Shown piece by piece: positions 1 through 10,376 of a DNA stretch of 32,000 nucleotides (within the stretch, counting starts at the first letter, position 1; each line of letters opens with the position of its first letter). The stretch is taken from positions 1,140,001-1,172,000 of the forward strand of contig NC_017039.1 in NCBI RefSeq assembly GCF_000284455.1. The letters run 5' to 3'. The position numbers and the translations under genes are program-made. Under the pieces are notes generated by a model, which had not been told where the DNA came from, did no database searches, and saw only the letters and a program-made list of their open reading frames with translations. This stretch comes from Synechocystis sp. PCC 6803 substr. PCC-P (GTDB lineage: Bacteria > Cyanobacteriota > Cyanobacteriia > Cyanobacteriales > Microcystaceae).

Positions 1-729
1 TATCTCCACCAGGGGCAACCAGGGTTAAGCTCCATCACCCTACCGGACTTTGACGACCAATCTCCCGTTACCATTTCCCTGCAGCCGGATAAAACCCTAA
101 TCCAAAACGCCCAACGACTTTACAAACAACAACAAAAATTAAACCGGGCAGAGGCGGCCATTCTCCCTTTGTTAGCAGAAGTGGAGCAGGAGTTGGCCTA
201 CCTCACCCAGGTAGAAACCAGTGTGCAGGCGTTGACCGAATTTGATGATCTGGCCGATTGGCAAACGTTAACGGAAATTCGGGATGAGTTGGCGGAACAA
301 AACTATTTAGCCCTTAGCCATGGCCGCCCCCGCCGTAAAGAAGCGGAAACTTTTGAGCCGCACCAGAGCCTAACCCCTTCCGGTTTTCCCCTCTGGATTG
401 GCCGTAATAATCGCCAAAATGATTACCTTAGTTTTCGGGTTGCCACCGAGTATGACCTGTGGTTCCATGCCCAGGAAATTGCCGGCAGTCATGTGTTACT
501 CCGATTACCCCCAGGGGCGATCGCCGAAGATCAGGATTTGCAATCAGCAGCGGATTGGGCGGCCTACTACAGCCGAGGCCGGGAGGAAGAACAGGTACCG
601 GTGGTCTATACCCAGCCTAAATATGTCTTTAAACCCAAGGGTAGTAAACCGGGCATGGTGGTTTATCAACAGGAAACGGTTATTTGGGGCAAACCTGGAG
701 CGGTTAATCCAAAGTTGACCCACAATTGA
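1..729 (+). CDS. C-terminal part of Rqc2/RqcH-like NFACT (fibronectin-binding A domain) protein, 5' truncated
   Basis: Frame 1 is open from base 1 (YLHQGQPGLSSITLPDFDDQ...) into the 169..729 ORF. Contains EYDLWFHAQEIAGSHVLLR, characteristic of the NFACT-R domain. Confidence 0.9.
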   Translation, partial: YLHQGQPGLSSITLPDFDDQSPVTISLQPDKTLIQNAQRLYKQQQKLNRAEAAILPLLAEVEQELAYLTQVETSVQALTEFDDLADWQTLTEIRDELAEQNYLALSHGRPRRKEAETFEPHQSLTPSGFPLWIGRNNRQNDYLSFRVATEYDLWFHAQEIAGSHVLLRLPPGAIAEDQDLQSAADWAAYYSRGREEEQVPVVYTQPKYVFKPKGSKPGMVVYQQETVIWGKPGAVNPKLTHN

Positions 730-751
730 TTTTGACGACCCCAATGGTTCG

Positions 752-1966
752 CTAACCTAAGCGGTTGCGATAATCTTCATAACCAAAGGTACGCCACAGT
801 TCAAATTCCCCCGATCGCCGCAGACAACCAATGGCGGGATGGTGGACTCCATTAAAGGTAGTGGTTTTGACCATGGTGTAGTGCATCATGTCTTCAAAAA
901 TTAGGCGATCTCCCACCTGTAAAGGTTGATCAAAGGCATAATCACCGAGAAAATCCCCCGCGAGGCAACTGGAACCCCCCAGGCGATAAACAGTATCTCC
1001 CGTTTGCGGCACTCTAGCTCCCCTTACTTCTGGCCGATAGGGCATTTCCAAGCAGTCAGGCATATGGGCCGTGAAGGAAACATCGAGCATGGCATGGGTA
1101 AATTCCGGTGTTTCGATCAGATCCTCCACCGTACTAAGTAAAAATCCTGTCTGCCAGGCGATCGCCGACCCCGGCTCCATAATCAACCGCAGATGGGGAT
1201 GGCGTTGGTGGAATTCCCCAATTACTGCAATGGCATAGTCCATGTCGTAGCCTTGGCTGGTCATTAAATGGCCGCCGCCTAGGTTTAACCATTCAATTTG
1301 GGGCAAATACTCGCCAAATAATTTTTCGATCTGCCCTAGGGTTTTTTCCAAAGCTAAATGATCGCTCTCACAAAGGTTGTGGGAGAGAAAGCCCGTAATG
1401 CCCGACGGTAAATTACCCGCCAACATTGCCGCTTGCACCCCCAACCGGGAACCGGACACACAGGGATTATAAAGATCGGTCTGCACGGGGGAATATTCCG
1501 GGTTAATGCGTAAACCTGCTTTTACCGCGGTATTTTTCAACGATTCCCGATAACGATGCCATTGTCCCAAGGAGTTAAAGGTAATGTGGCTAGCCAAGGG
1601 AATAATGGCTGGCAAATCATCGGGGCGATAGGTGGGGGCATAAACGTGCACTTCTTTGCCAAATTCCTCCGCCGCCAGTCGTGCTTCCCAGAGGGAACTG
1701 GCCGACGCCCCTGCTAACCCTGACCGCAACCAGGGAAAACAAGGAAAGAGGGCAAAACCTTTCAAGGCCAACATCACCTCAATCGGGGCGGATTGCTGCA
1801 ACCGTTCGAAAATCGCCAAATTTTGTTGTAACAATTCCTCTTCCAACACAAAACAGGGGGAAGGTAGGCTGGATAACCTGGGGTTTTCGAGAATGTTCAC
1901 CGCAAAACTGCTCACTTTAGCTATAGATAAAGAAAAAAGACTACTGCCAATAAAACAGTAGCCCAA
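752..1966 (-). CDS. nspC: Carboxynorspermidine decarboxylase-like PLP enzyme; real start may be the GTG at about 1900
   Basis: 404-aa ORF with alanine-racemase-fold III features: PSPCFVLEEELLQQN, ALKGFALF, WLNLGGGHLMTSQGYD, EPGSAIAWQTGFL, MMHYTMVKTTTFNGVHHPAI. Confidence 0.85.
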   Translation of the reverse strand: MGYCFIGSSLFSLSIAKVSSFAVNILENPRLSSLPSPCFVLEEELLQQNLAIFERLQQSAPIEVMLALKGFALFPCFPWLRSGLAGASASSLWEARLAAEEFGKEVHVYAPTYRPDDLPAIIPLASHITFNSLGQWHRYRESLKNTAVKAGLRINPEYSPVQTDLYNPCVSGSRLGVQAAMLAGNLPSGITGFLSHNLCESDHLALEKTLGQIEKLFGEYLPQIEWLNLGGGHLMTSQGYDMDYAIAVIGEFHQRHPHLRLIMEPGSAIAWQTGFLLSTVEDLIETPEFTHAMLDVSFTAHMPDCLEMPYRPEVRGARVPQTGDTVYRLGGSSCLAGDFLGDYAFDQPLQVGDRLIFEDMMHYTMVKTTTFNGVHHPAIGCLRRSGEFELWRTFGYEDYRNRLG

Positions 1967-2057
1967 TCAAGTCTTGAGATTAACGGAGGTTGCCGGGGAG
2001 ATTTACTACAGGTACCCCAGGCCAGAAAACCTAAAAAATTTAGGAACTATGGAAAAA

Positions 2058-2201
2058 TTACAGAATGCCGAAGAAGTGAAGTACACCTTGCCCAGAGACA
2101 AGCTCGAGGATCAGGGCAGAGGAAAAACCGATCATGGCCAAGCGACCATTCCAGTTTTCGGCGAAAGCAGTGAATCCAAATTTAGAGTTTTCGTTGTTCA
2201 T
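2058..2201 (-). CDS. hliC: High-light-inducible protein / small CAB-like protein (47 aa), HliC/ScpB type
   Basis: [47 protein letters not shown] contains the conserved single-helix ExxNGRxAMIGF chlorophyll-binding motif. The listed ORF start at 2318 is an upstream extension. Confidence 0.93.
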   Translation of the reverse strand: MNNENSKFGFTAFAENWNGRLAMIGFSSALILELVSGQGVLHFFGIL

Positions 2202-2236
2202 GGTTAAGAATGTAATTACGAGCTGGGAGGGTTGTC

Positions 2237-2254
2237 TATGTAAATAAATGTAAC
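2237..2254 (-). promoter_or_regulatory. HLR1 element (RpaB-type binding site) upstream of hliC
   Basis: Minus strand reads GTTACATT-TA-TTTACATA, matching (G/T)TTACA(T/A)(T/A)NN(G/T)TTACA(T/A)(T/A), 36-53 nt upstream of the hliC ATG. Confidence 0.75.
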
Positions 2255-2355
2255 AGAGTATTGCGCCCATGGCAAGTCTGTGGTGAAAAAGGCAACGGGA
2301 GGATAATGTTAGGCTCAAACAGAACAGAAGTGACTAACCTTCGGAGAACAAGGCA

Positions 2356-2667
2356 ATGTTGGCCCTAATTTTGGCGATCGCCCTGTTGTGGGGCTTGATC
2401 TGGTGGGCTAGGCGTAGATCAGGTCGGAAAATTGCCTGGAGCAGAGGCCGTCGTCATTCATCAGGTTTCAAGCAGGCCATCCAAGCTTCCCGCCCAACAT
2501 CACCCAGGGTGCCCGGTAAGTTACGGCGGGATCTAATTCGTATTGCGGGCAATGCCCAGGTAGCGGAAAGACTGGTAACCAATCTACGGGCCAAACATCC
2601 TGATCGCCCGGAGCACTGGTATTGGGAAAAGGCAATTTTTGACCTGGAGCGCGATCGCCATTATTAG
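2356..2667 (+). CDS. Small basic protein with N-terminal TM segment, function unknown
   Basis: 103-aa ORF with ATG start, hydrophobic N-terminus MLALILAIALLWGLIWW then basic stretch; divergent from hliC. Confidence 0.7.
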   Translation: MLALILAIALLWGLIWWARRRSGRKIAWSRGRRHSSGFKQAIQASRPTSPRVPGKLRRDLIRIAGNAQVAERLVTNLRAKHPDRPEHWYWEKAIFDLERDRHY

Positions 2668-2755
2668 GGCAATGGCAGGCACTGGAAACTAACCCGCCAA
2701 TAATTCCCCCTAGCAGCTTCTCTGGGATTTAGAGCAATTAGGCCGGGCAATTTCC

Positions 2756-3049
2756 CTATTTTTTGACTGATTCCAAGACTTTAAGCACTTGAATTTTTTG
2801 CTGGGGAGACAAATCCAAAGTGGGCAAAATGGCTTTGACTTCTTGGCCTTGGGCTAAACCGGCTTCAAGTTTGCCTTTTTGTTGCTCATTAAGAATTGCT
2901 CCTAATTTTTCTAGTACTTCCAGCTTTTCAGGACTAACTTGAGAAGCCGGAGTGTCTGTCATGGTTTGGGCAGATAAGCCAGAAAAAGAAGCAAAGGTGG
3001 TCAATGTGCATGCCAGTGCCAAGACGGCGGATTTTAAAATGGATTTCAT
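2756..3049 (-). CDS. Small secreted/periplasmic protein, function unknown (97 aa)
   Basis: Internal ATG gives a clear signal peptide, MKSILKSAVLALACTLTTFASFSGLSAQ. The upstream extension to 3250 looks non-coding. Confidence 0.65.
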   Translation of the reverse strand: MKSILKSAVLALACTLTTFASFSGLSAQTMTDTPASQVSPEKLEVLEKLGAILNEQQKGKLEAGLAQGQEVKAILPTLDLSPQQKIQVLKVLESVKK

Positions 3050-3301
3050 CGGTAGTAACATGGATTTTTCAAGATTTTCGGAATTTATTATCAATTCTAA
3101 TTCCATTGAGCAAAACTGATTGCCAGTCTTTAAAATGCCCCCAGCCATTGAAAAACAGAGCCAGGAAAATGAGTCTGGCTTGATTAACTGGCAATCCCTC
3201 CCCCTTATTAGCTGGAGATTTTTGGTATGGTAAGGTCTCCCCCATCCCAATCAACCAATTAACTGATAATTAACTGATTTTTCTTGTCGTAACCTCCCAT
3301 T

Positions 3302-4486
3302 GTGACTATGGCCGTTGGCACCTTCAAACAAAGTAGATTTCAACTCCCTTTGCCCCGCCTTTCCGTCATGGATCGGTATTTATTTGTGGAACTGTTTCTG
3401 CCCTTCATTTTCGGCATGGGCATGTTCACCTCCCTGGCTTTGTCCATTGGCACCCTCTTTGACCTGGTGCGGCGGGTAACGGAATCAGGCCTTCCCATGG
3501 ATATTGCGGTGAAGATCCTGTTCTTGAAAATGCCGGAGTTTGTGGTGCTGGCCTTTCCCATGTCAATGTTGTTGGCCAGCTTGATGGCCTATAGCCGTCT
3601 TTCCAGCGACAGTGAATTAATTGCTCTGCGTAGCATTGGGGTTAGCATCTATCGCCTGGTGGTGCCTGCCCTACTGTTTGGCATAGTAGTTACGGGCATT
3701 GCCTTTGTTTTCAATGACCGTATTACCCCCGCCGCTAGTTATGAAGCGTTAGCTACCCTAGACCGGGCCATCCATCAAGATCGCCCCCCCCGTCAAGAGC
3801 AAAATATTATTTATCCGGAATACGGCATGGTGCGACAACCGGACGGCAACGAGAAAAATATTTTGAAGCGCTTGTTCTATGCCGAAGAATTCAACGGTAG
3901 TGAAATGAAGGGGCTAACAATCCTTGATCGAACCCAGAGCGGCGTTAACCAAGTACTAACAGCGGAAAGGGCCAGTTGGAATATTTCTGAAAATACTTGG
4001 GATTTCTACGATGGCACCGTGTATCTCATTGCCCCCGACGGTTCCTACCGCAATATTGTCCGCTTTCGCCACCAACAATTGGCGTTGCCCCGGGCCCCTC
4101 TGGATTTAGCTAGCCAGGAACGGAAGGATGGTGAGATGACCATTGCCCAATCCCGCCGTTACCTGGAAGTACTACGGTTAAGCGGGGACGACAAGAAAGT
4201 ACGCAAACTAGAAGTCCGCATCCAAAAGAAATACGCTCTGCCCTTTGTTTGCTTTGTCTTTGGTTTAATCGGGGCGGCGATCGGAGTACGGCCACAGAAT
4301 ACCAACAAAGCTACTAGCTTTGGCATCTGTGTGGGCTTAATTTTCTTCTATTACCTACTCTCTTTTTTAAGCGAGTCTATGGGGATTTGGGGAGCCCTGG
4401 ATCCGTTCACCGCCGCTTGGCTGCCTAATTTCCTGGGGTTAATTGCGGGCACTATTCTGCTGGTGCAATCTTCCCGCCTGCGTTGA
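3302..4486 (+). CDS. LptF/LptG-family (YjgP/YjgQ) LPS export permease
   Basis: 394-aa membrane protein: LFVELFLPFIFGMGMFTSLALSIG, LFLKMPEFVVLAFPMSMLLASLMAYSRLSSDSELIALRSIGVS, four C-terminal helices. Confidence 0.9.
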   Translation: MTMAVGTFKQSRFQLPLPRLSVMDRYLFVELFLPFIFGMGMFTSLALSIGTLFDLVRRVTESGLPMDIAVKILFLKMPEFVVLAFPMSMLLASLMAYSRLSSDSELIALRSIGVSIYRLVVPALLFGIVVTGIAFVFNDRITPAASYEALATLDRAIHQDRPPRQEQNIIYPEYGMVRQPDGNEKNILKRLFYAEEFNGSEMKGLTILDRTQSGVNQVLTAERASWNISENTWDFYDGTVYLIAPDGSYRNIVRFRHQQLALPRAPLDLASQERKDGEMTIAQSRRYLEVLRLSGDDKKVRKLEVRIQKKYALPFVCFVFGLIGAAIGVRPQNTNKATSFGICVGLIFFYYLLSFLSESMGIWGALDPFTAAWLPNFLGLIAGTILLVQSSRLR

Positions 4487-4512
4487 AGTTGTGCCGATGC
4501 CCGTTGCCAGTT

Positions 4513-4662
4513 CTAGTTGTCCTTATTGCCACAGGTCTGGAGCTGACGCAGGAGTACGTCCAATTCCGCTTCTAAATAGAGGTATTGCACTTGTTGGGGA
4601 GTTGCGTAAACCTGTTTTTGGCGATCGCCAGCGGGTTTGGCAAGAACGGCAGATTTGCTCAT
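4513..4662 (-). CDS. Putative 49-aa small protein, not in ORF track
   Basis: ATG (complement of 4660-4662) to TAG (4513-4515): MSKSAVLAKPAGDRQKQVYATPQQVQYLYLEAELDVLLRQLQTCGNKDN. Protein-like composition and a helical amphipathic C-terminal half; convergent with the LptF/G gene. Confidence 0.55.
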   Translation of the reverse strand: MSKSAVLAKPAGDRQKQVYATPQQVQYLYLEAELDVLLRQLQTCGNKDN

Positions 4663-4982
4663 GGAGTTGTTTTTTATAAAGGGTTTTATCAAGCGAAGGC
4701 ATTATACTATTTTTTCGATGAAAAAACACAAACTTTTGTGACAATGTTCCGATTAACCCCTCCCCTCCCTCTCCAGGTCAACCAGGGTACCAGGGCGATT
4801 GCCTGGGGGGATGAATAAAAATGGTAACTTTACCCACCGTTTTGTTAGGCAAAAATACTTAATAATCTGTCCTGGGGTCGTTGCTATCCGGCGCAGATCG
4901 GTGGAACAATCGACTCTTTGGTGTTATCTGTATAGGTTGAGTTTCAGCTTGTTTACCAAAATCAGTGTGGTGTTGAGGTTGT

Positions 4983-6428
4983 ATGGCGAATAGTACCGAG
5001 TCTGGTTCGTTGCAGTCCTCCAGCACCGTCAAGGTTCGCTCCCATTACCGACCCAACAATGGCACTGGTTCCCCCGGGGGTCGTCCCCGGCCCAAAAGGG
5101 GTTTTCTTCCCCTAGGCAAGGGCTTGGTTTGGGGGGGGTTAGTGACTTTGACTGCCACTGTAGCGGCGATCGCCGGGGTGGGCATCGGCTTTTTTACCCC
5201 TGGGCCAAAGGGGCTAGTTCAGCAGGTTATACCGGGGCAGTCGGCCGGAGTAGAAGCCGGTCAGGCAGATCTATTTCCCTATCACATCAGTCGTCCTGTC
5301 AACATTTTGGTGATGGGCATTGACCGGGTAGAACCCACAGAGGAAGAACCCAATGTGGATGAGTTTGGTGGCCGCAGTGACACCATGCTATTGGTACGAT
5401 TCGATCCGAGGGAAAATGGTTTGAAATTACTTTCCATTCCCCGGGATACCAGGGTTTTCATTCCCGATGTGGGCTATACCAAAATCAACGATGCCAATGC
5501 CTATGGGGGCCCGCAGTTGGCGGCAAGGGTAATCAACCGTAACTTGGGGGAAGTCCCCATCGACCGTTACGTCAGAGTCACCACCGACGCATTACAGGAA
5601 TTGGTGGATTTAGTGGGGGGAGTGGAAGTGTTTGTACCCCGGCCCATGTTTTACGAAGATAAAACCCAGCAGTTATTAATCGATTTACCCGCCGGACTGC
5701 AAACCCTGAATGGGCAACAGGCAGAACAATTTGTCCGTTTTCGCTACGACGCCAATGGGGATATTGGCCGGGTACAACGGCAGGAAACCCTGCTCAAAGC
5801 CCTGCAAAATCGCCTTAGCCATCCCAGTATGATCACCCGCATTCCCAAGGCCATTGGCATTATGCAGAAAACTGTGGACACAAATTTAACCATGGAGGAA
5901 ATTCTGGCCCTGGTTAATTTTGGGCGTCAACTTGATCGCCAGGAAGTGCAAATGGTAATGTTACCGGGGCGGTTTAGCCAACCGGCGGAATTTGATGGCC
6001 GTAGCTATTGGGTGATGTCCGATGTCGGCAAAAGGCAAGTGCTCAGGAACTACTTTGATGTCATTGAAGAAGTCCCCACTTGGGCTGAAACTCCCGGGCG
6101 ATCGCCGGAAAGTTTACGCATTGCCCTGCAAAATGCCACTGACGATCCCCAGGCCCTGGAACGGGTGAAGGAATATTTACAATCCAAGGACTTCCGCAAT
6201 TTTTATGAAACATCGGAATCCCCGCAACTATTAGCAGAGACAAAAATTCTGGTACAGCGGGGGGACTTAGATGGAGCCCATTATCTGCGGCAAACCTTGG
6301 GGGGAGGAGTGGTGGAAGCTTCCTCCGTCGGCGACCTAGGCTCGGATTTAACTATTCAAGTGGGCATGGACCTTGACCAATGGCTCAAGGAATCTACCCC
6401 GGTGGACGACTCCACCCCTCAATTTTGA
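4983..6428 (+). CDS. LytR-CpsA-Psr (LCP) family membrane-anchored protein
   Basis: 481 aa with N-terminal TM and LCP motifs: NILVMGIDRV, GGRSDTMLLVRFDPRENGLKLLSIPRDTRV, YTKINDANAYGGPQLAARVI, RYVRVTTDALQELVDLVGGVEVFVPR, GLQTLNGQQAEQFVRFR. Confidence 0.92.
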   Translation: MANSTESGSLQSSSTVKVRSHYRPNNGTGSPGGRPRPKRGFLPLGKGLVWGGLVTLTATVAAIAGVGIGFFTPGPKGLVQQVIPGQSAGVEAGQADLFPYHISRPVNILVMGIDRVEPTEEEPNVDEFGGRSDTMLLVRFDPRENGLKLLSIPRDTRVFIPDVGYTKINDANAYGGPQLAARVINRNLGEVPIDRYVRVTTDALQELVDLVGGVEVFVPRPMFYEDKTQQLLIDLPAGLQTLNGQQAEQFVRFRYDANGDIGRVQRQETLLKALQNRLSHPSMITRIPKAIGIMQKTVDTNLTMEEILALVNFGRQLDRQEVQMVMLPGRFSQPAEFDGRSYWVMSDVGKRQVLRNYFDVIEEVPTWAETPGRSPESLRIALQNATDDPQALERVKEYLQSKDFRNFYETSESPQLLAETKILVQRGDLDGAHYLRQTLGGGVVEASSVGDLGSDLTIQVGMDLDQWLKESTPVDDSTPQF

Positions 6429-6544
6429 TGTTCCAGATTTTTGGTTTTTTCTTCTACTCGATCGCCATTGAGGTTGGCTTCAGGGAAGCTTGGGATATTC
6501 TGTCTATTTAATTTTGCCTGAAGATCAATCTAGAAGAACTGAGA

Positions 6545-6973
6545 TTAGCCCCGGACCAACAGGGTCGCAAGGGGAGCCAGCCAGCGGGCCAACCGATTTT
6601 GTAAACGATCTAAAAGGGAAGGGGATGGAAATTGCCTTTGCTCTCCGGGATATTGAGCGAGGATTTGCTTAGCCAAAGGTGTCAGGCGAAAACTGTCCGT
6701 AATTCCCTGGCCGTCCACTTCCCGTCGCAATAGCCCCACCTGAATGAGCCACATCAATTCCCGCTCCACCCGATTTTCTGTTAATGCTTGCCCACAAAAA
6801 CCTTGCTCAACTCCCCCAGCCCCGGCGATCGTTGGTAGGGGCACACTGGCTTGGGCCATAGCCCGAAATAAGTTCAAATAAAAGGGACAACACTGGAAAG
6901 CTCTTTGGGCCCGATTGTAGGTGTGGGCAGTGTAACCAGCTAATGCTTTAGGGGATGCCAAAAAAGTGTTCAT
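6545..6973 (-). CDS. Conserved cyanobacterial protein, resembling the Npun_F0494-type family
   Basis: 142-aa ORF with ATG start, helical sequence (NRAQRAFQCCPFYLNLFRAMAQ...WLIQVGLLRRE). Family assignment is from memory. Confidence 0.65.
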   Translation of the reverse strand: MNTFLASPKALAGYTAHTYNRAQRAFQCCPFYLNLFRAMAQASVPLPTIAGAGGVEQGFCGQALTENRVERELMWLIQVGLLRREVDGQGITDSFRLTPLAKQILAQYPGEQRQFPSPSLLDRLQNRLARWLAPLATLLVRG

Positions 6974-7237
6974 GGCGAAATTAAGTCAAAAATTTAGCAG
7001 TTTACAGAGGCGATTTATCGGCGGGTAAGACTATACAGTATCGGGAAAAAATTAAGAACGGTCAAAGAATCTGGACATATCACAACCCACAATCTAGTAT
7101 TCAAAATCCTTCTGCCTGGCCTTATTTGGTCGTATTTACCCATTGTGCCCAAATCCGACCATTGTTGCCAATTATTCCCCAGGTAACCACGGCGATCGCC
7201 AAGGAAAGATTTAAGTATTTTTTCCCATTCTCCCTAA

Positions 7238-8353
<1,116 letters not shown>

Positions 8354-8439
8354 GTTTGGTATTTGTTAAGTTATCAAGCCCAGGAAAATCAGAGCAGTCA
8401 TCGTCCAACAGCCTATGACTTGTCTCAGTTAGTCTAGAT

Positions 8440-8468
8440 TTACCGGGGTAATAAAGTAATCCCGGTAA
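8440..8468. terminator. Inverted repeat between convergent gap1 and the small ORF
   Basis: TTACCGGG (8440-8447), 13-nt loop, CCCGGTAA (8461-8468), followed by CTTTATTTAT on the + strand. Confidence 0.55.
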
Positions 8469-8484
8469 CTTTATTTATGTTTAG

Positions 8485-8580
8485 TTAACCCCCTTTAGCA
8501 AAACTACCCATCACTAGGGCGGATAGCAAAATACCAGGGACAAGGAGGACAACTAACATCAACAGTTGATCGGCGGTCAT
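8485..8580 (-). CDS. Putative 31-aa single-TM micro-protein, not in ORF track
   Basis: ATG (complement of 8578-8580) to TAA: MTADQLLMLVVLLVPGILLSALVMGSFAKGG. Hydrophobic single-span layout like tiny photosynthetic complex subunits. Confidence 0.5.
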   Translation of the reverse strand: MTADQLLMLVVLLVPGILLSALVMGSFAKGG

Positions 8581-8976
8581 GGTAAAAATTCCACTAATTC
8601 AAAAAACTCACAATGCCTGGGCCACTAGCCCAAGTGAGGGACAAACCCTATGGGCATGGTAACGGAGATTTTTGATTTTTCACCATTTTCGGGGAAATGG
8701 TTTGCTTGCCATGGGCTAAAGTTTAACTAGGTTATCAGGAAGTTGTTCCTAAACCCTGAAAAAGAGGAAGCTATATTGGATGAAAAAGCACTCCAGTTAG
8801 GAGGTGTTTTAAAAGCCCTTCGGTTCCCAAAGCTGGGAGAAGCCAGAGAAAAAGCCTCCAGCACTGTGGTCCTCGGAGTGGGTCGATGGAGGAAGCAAAC
8901 TAAAACGTTGCAAACATGCTCTTAAAAGGAGGAGCTAGACGGCTCATAATCATCACCTTTGTAACCAGGAGAGAAT

Positions 8977-9552
8977 ATGACAACTACCCTTAAACTACAG
9001 CCGGCGATCGCCATTGATTCAGATAAATTTTTCCAGATCTGTCAACAGAACCCTGAATTAATCATTGAAGAAAATGCCCAAGGAGAATTGCTGATTATGT
9101 CCCCCACGGGTGGCGAAACTGGTCGCAAAAATGCAGAACTAATTGGCGATTTTATTATCTGGAACCGAAAACATAAATTGGGTTTTGTTTTTGATTCCTC
9201 CACTTGTTTTCAGCTCCCCCAAGGGGGACGGCGATCGCCGGATATATCTTGGGTCAAAAAAGAACGTTGGCTGGATTTATCTACAGAAGAAAGAGAAAAA
9301 TTTCCACCCATTTGCCCAGATTTTGTGTTGGAGCTACTTTCTCCCAGCGATACCTTAACTGCAACTCAAGCCAAAATGGAAGAATATTTAGCTTCTGGAT
9401 TATGCCTAGGTTGGTTAATTGACCCCCAAGGTCAACGAGTGGAAGTTTATCGCAGTAATCTGCCCAAAGAAATCTTGGTTAAACCCAATCAATTATTAGG
9501 AGAGAACATTTTACTGAACTTTGTTTTAGAAATTGACTGGTTATGGGAATAA
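8977..9552 (+). CDS. Uma2 family endonuclease (DUF820, PD-(D/E)XK fold)
   Basis: 191 aa: GELLIMSPTGGETGRKNAELIGDF, GGRRSPDISWVKKERW, FPPICPDFVLELLSPSDTL, KMEEYLASGLCLGWLIDPQGQRVEVYR. RBS-like AGGAG upstream. Confidence 0.93.
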   Translation: MTTTLKLQPAIAIDSDKFFQICQQNPELIIEENAQGELLIMSPTGGETGRKNAELIGDFIIWNRKHKLGFVFDSSTCFQLPQGGRRSPDISWVKKERWLDLSTEEREKFPPICPDFVLELLSPSDTLTATQAKMEEYLASGLCLGWLIDPQGQRVEVYRSNLPKEILVKPNQLLGENILLNFVLEIDWLWE

Positions 9553-9725
9553 TTTTTTCATTACCCAACTCAAAAGATTTTCAGAAAAAAGCTTAAGAAA
9601 ATCGATTTCAACTACATAGACCTATTTTTATTCGTCAGGTTCAGACTAGTATTGAATCAATTATGAGTAGGAGGAAGTATCGTTCCTTTATGAAAGATAA
9701 AATATCAAACAACTAAACTAATAAT

Positions 9726-10322
9726 CTAATCATAAAGATCAGGTTCAGAAGTAAAGTGACAACGATAATTGAGCGCTTTTTCTAATTGCTTTTTATAGGC
9801 CTTTTCTTCCACTTCGTAGGCACCAAACCGTTTTAGATGGGGATTTTGTAGCTGGGCATCAAATAATTGATAGCTCCGTTGTCGTAGATGTTGCACCAGT
9901 TTAACCATGGCAACTTTGGAAGCTTCAGGAATGGTATAAAACATCGATTCTCCAATGAAAGCCCCCCGGATGGCAATGCCTAAAATTCCCCCTGCTAGGC
10001 GATCGCCATGCCAAGTTTCAAAGCTGTGGGCCCAACCAGCCACATGAAAAGTATGGTAAACCTCAATTAATTCTTGAGAAATCCAAGTTTCAGGGCGAGC
10101 GGCACACCCTTCACAAACGGCGGTGAAAGCTTGATTAATTTTGACTTGGAAACGATTTTGATTGAGCACCCGTTGCAAAGATTTGGGATAACGAAATTGA
10201 TCATCCAGGGGAATTAGGGCATGGCGATCGCTGGAATACCAGCCCAATCCATGGCGGTCGTCGGCCATTAAAAATAGACCCTGGGCATATTGAGCAATGG
10301 CATAGTCAACATCAATTTTCAC
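9726..10322 (-). CDS. aat: Leucyl/phenylalanyl-tRNA-protein transferase
   Basis: 198 aa: GWYSSDRHALIPLD, RVLNQNRFQVKINQAFTAVCEGCA, TWISQELIEVYHTFHVAGWAHSFETW, LAGGILGIAIRGAFIGESMFY. Confidence 0.93.
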   Translation of the reverse strand: MKIDVDYAIAQYAQGLFLMADDRHGLGWYSSDRHALIPLDDQFRYPKSLQRVLNQNRFQVKINQAFTAVCEGCAARPETWISQELIEVYHTFHVAGWAHSFETWHGDRLAGGILGIAIRGAFIGESMFYTIPEASKVAMVKLVQHLRQRSYQLFDAQLQNPHLKRFGAYEVEEKAYKKQLEKALNYRCHFTSEPDLYD

Positions 10323-10376
10323 CCTTCATTTCCTCGCAATTGCCTGGTAATTCCTGGGAGTCAATCATTATTTTTG

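Noticed and set aside
398-718. Overlapping ORFs in other frames of the NFACT gene
   Set aside because: Shadow frames of a clearly coding frame.
926-1141. Plus-strand ORFs inside nspC (926..1141, 1656..1961, 1681..1920)
   Set aside because: Antisense to a well-supported enzyme gene; low-complexity translations with no recognisable domain.
4443-4744. Plus ORF with a CPYC motif (4443..4679) and minus ORF 4523..4744
   Set aside because: The CPYCHRSG stretch hints at a zinc knuckle but the rest is not protein-like. The 49-codon minus frame in the same DNA is a better candidate.
8618-8632. Short perfect hairpin TGGGC-CACTA-GCCCA near 8620
   Set aside because: Only 5 bp stem and no T-run; could arise by chance.
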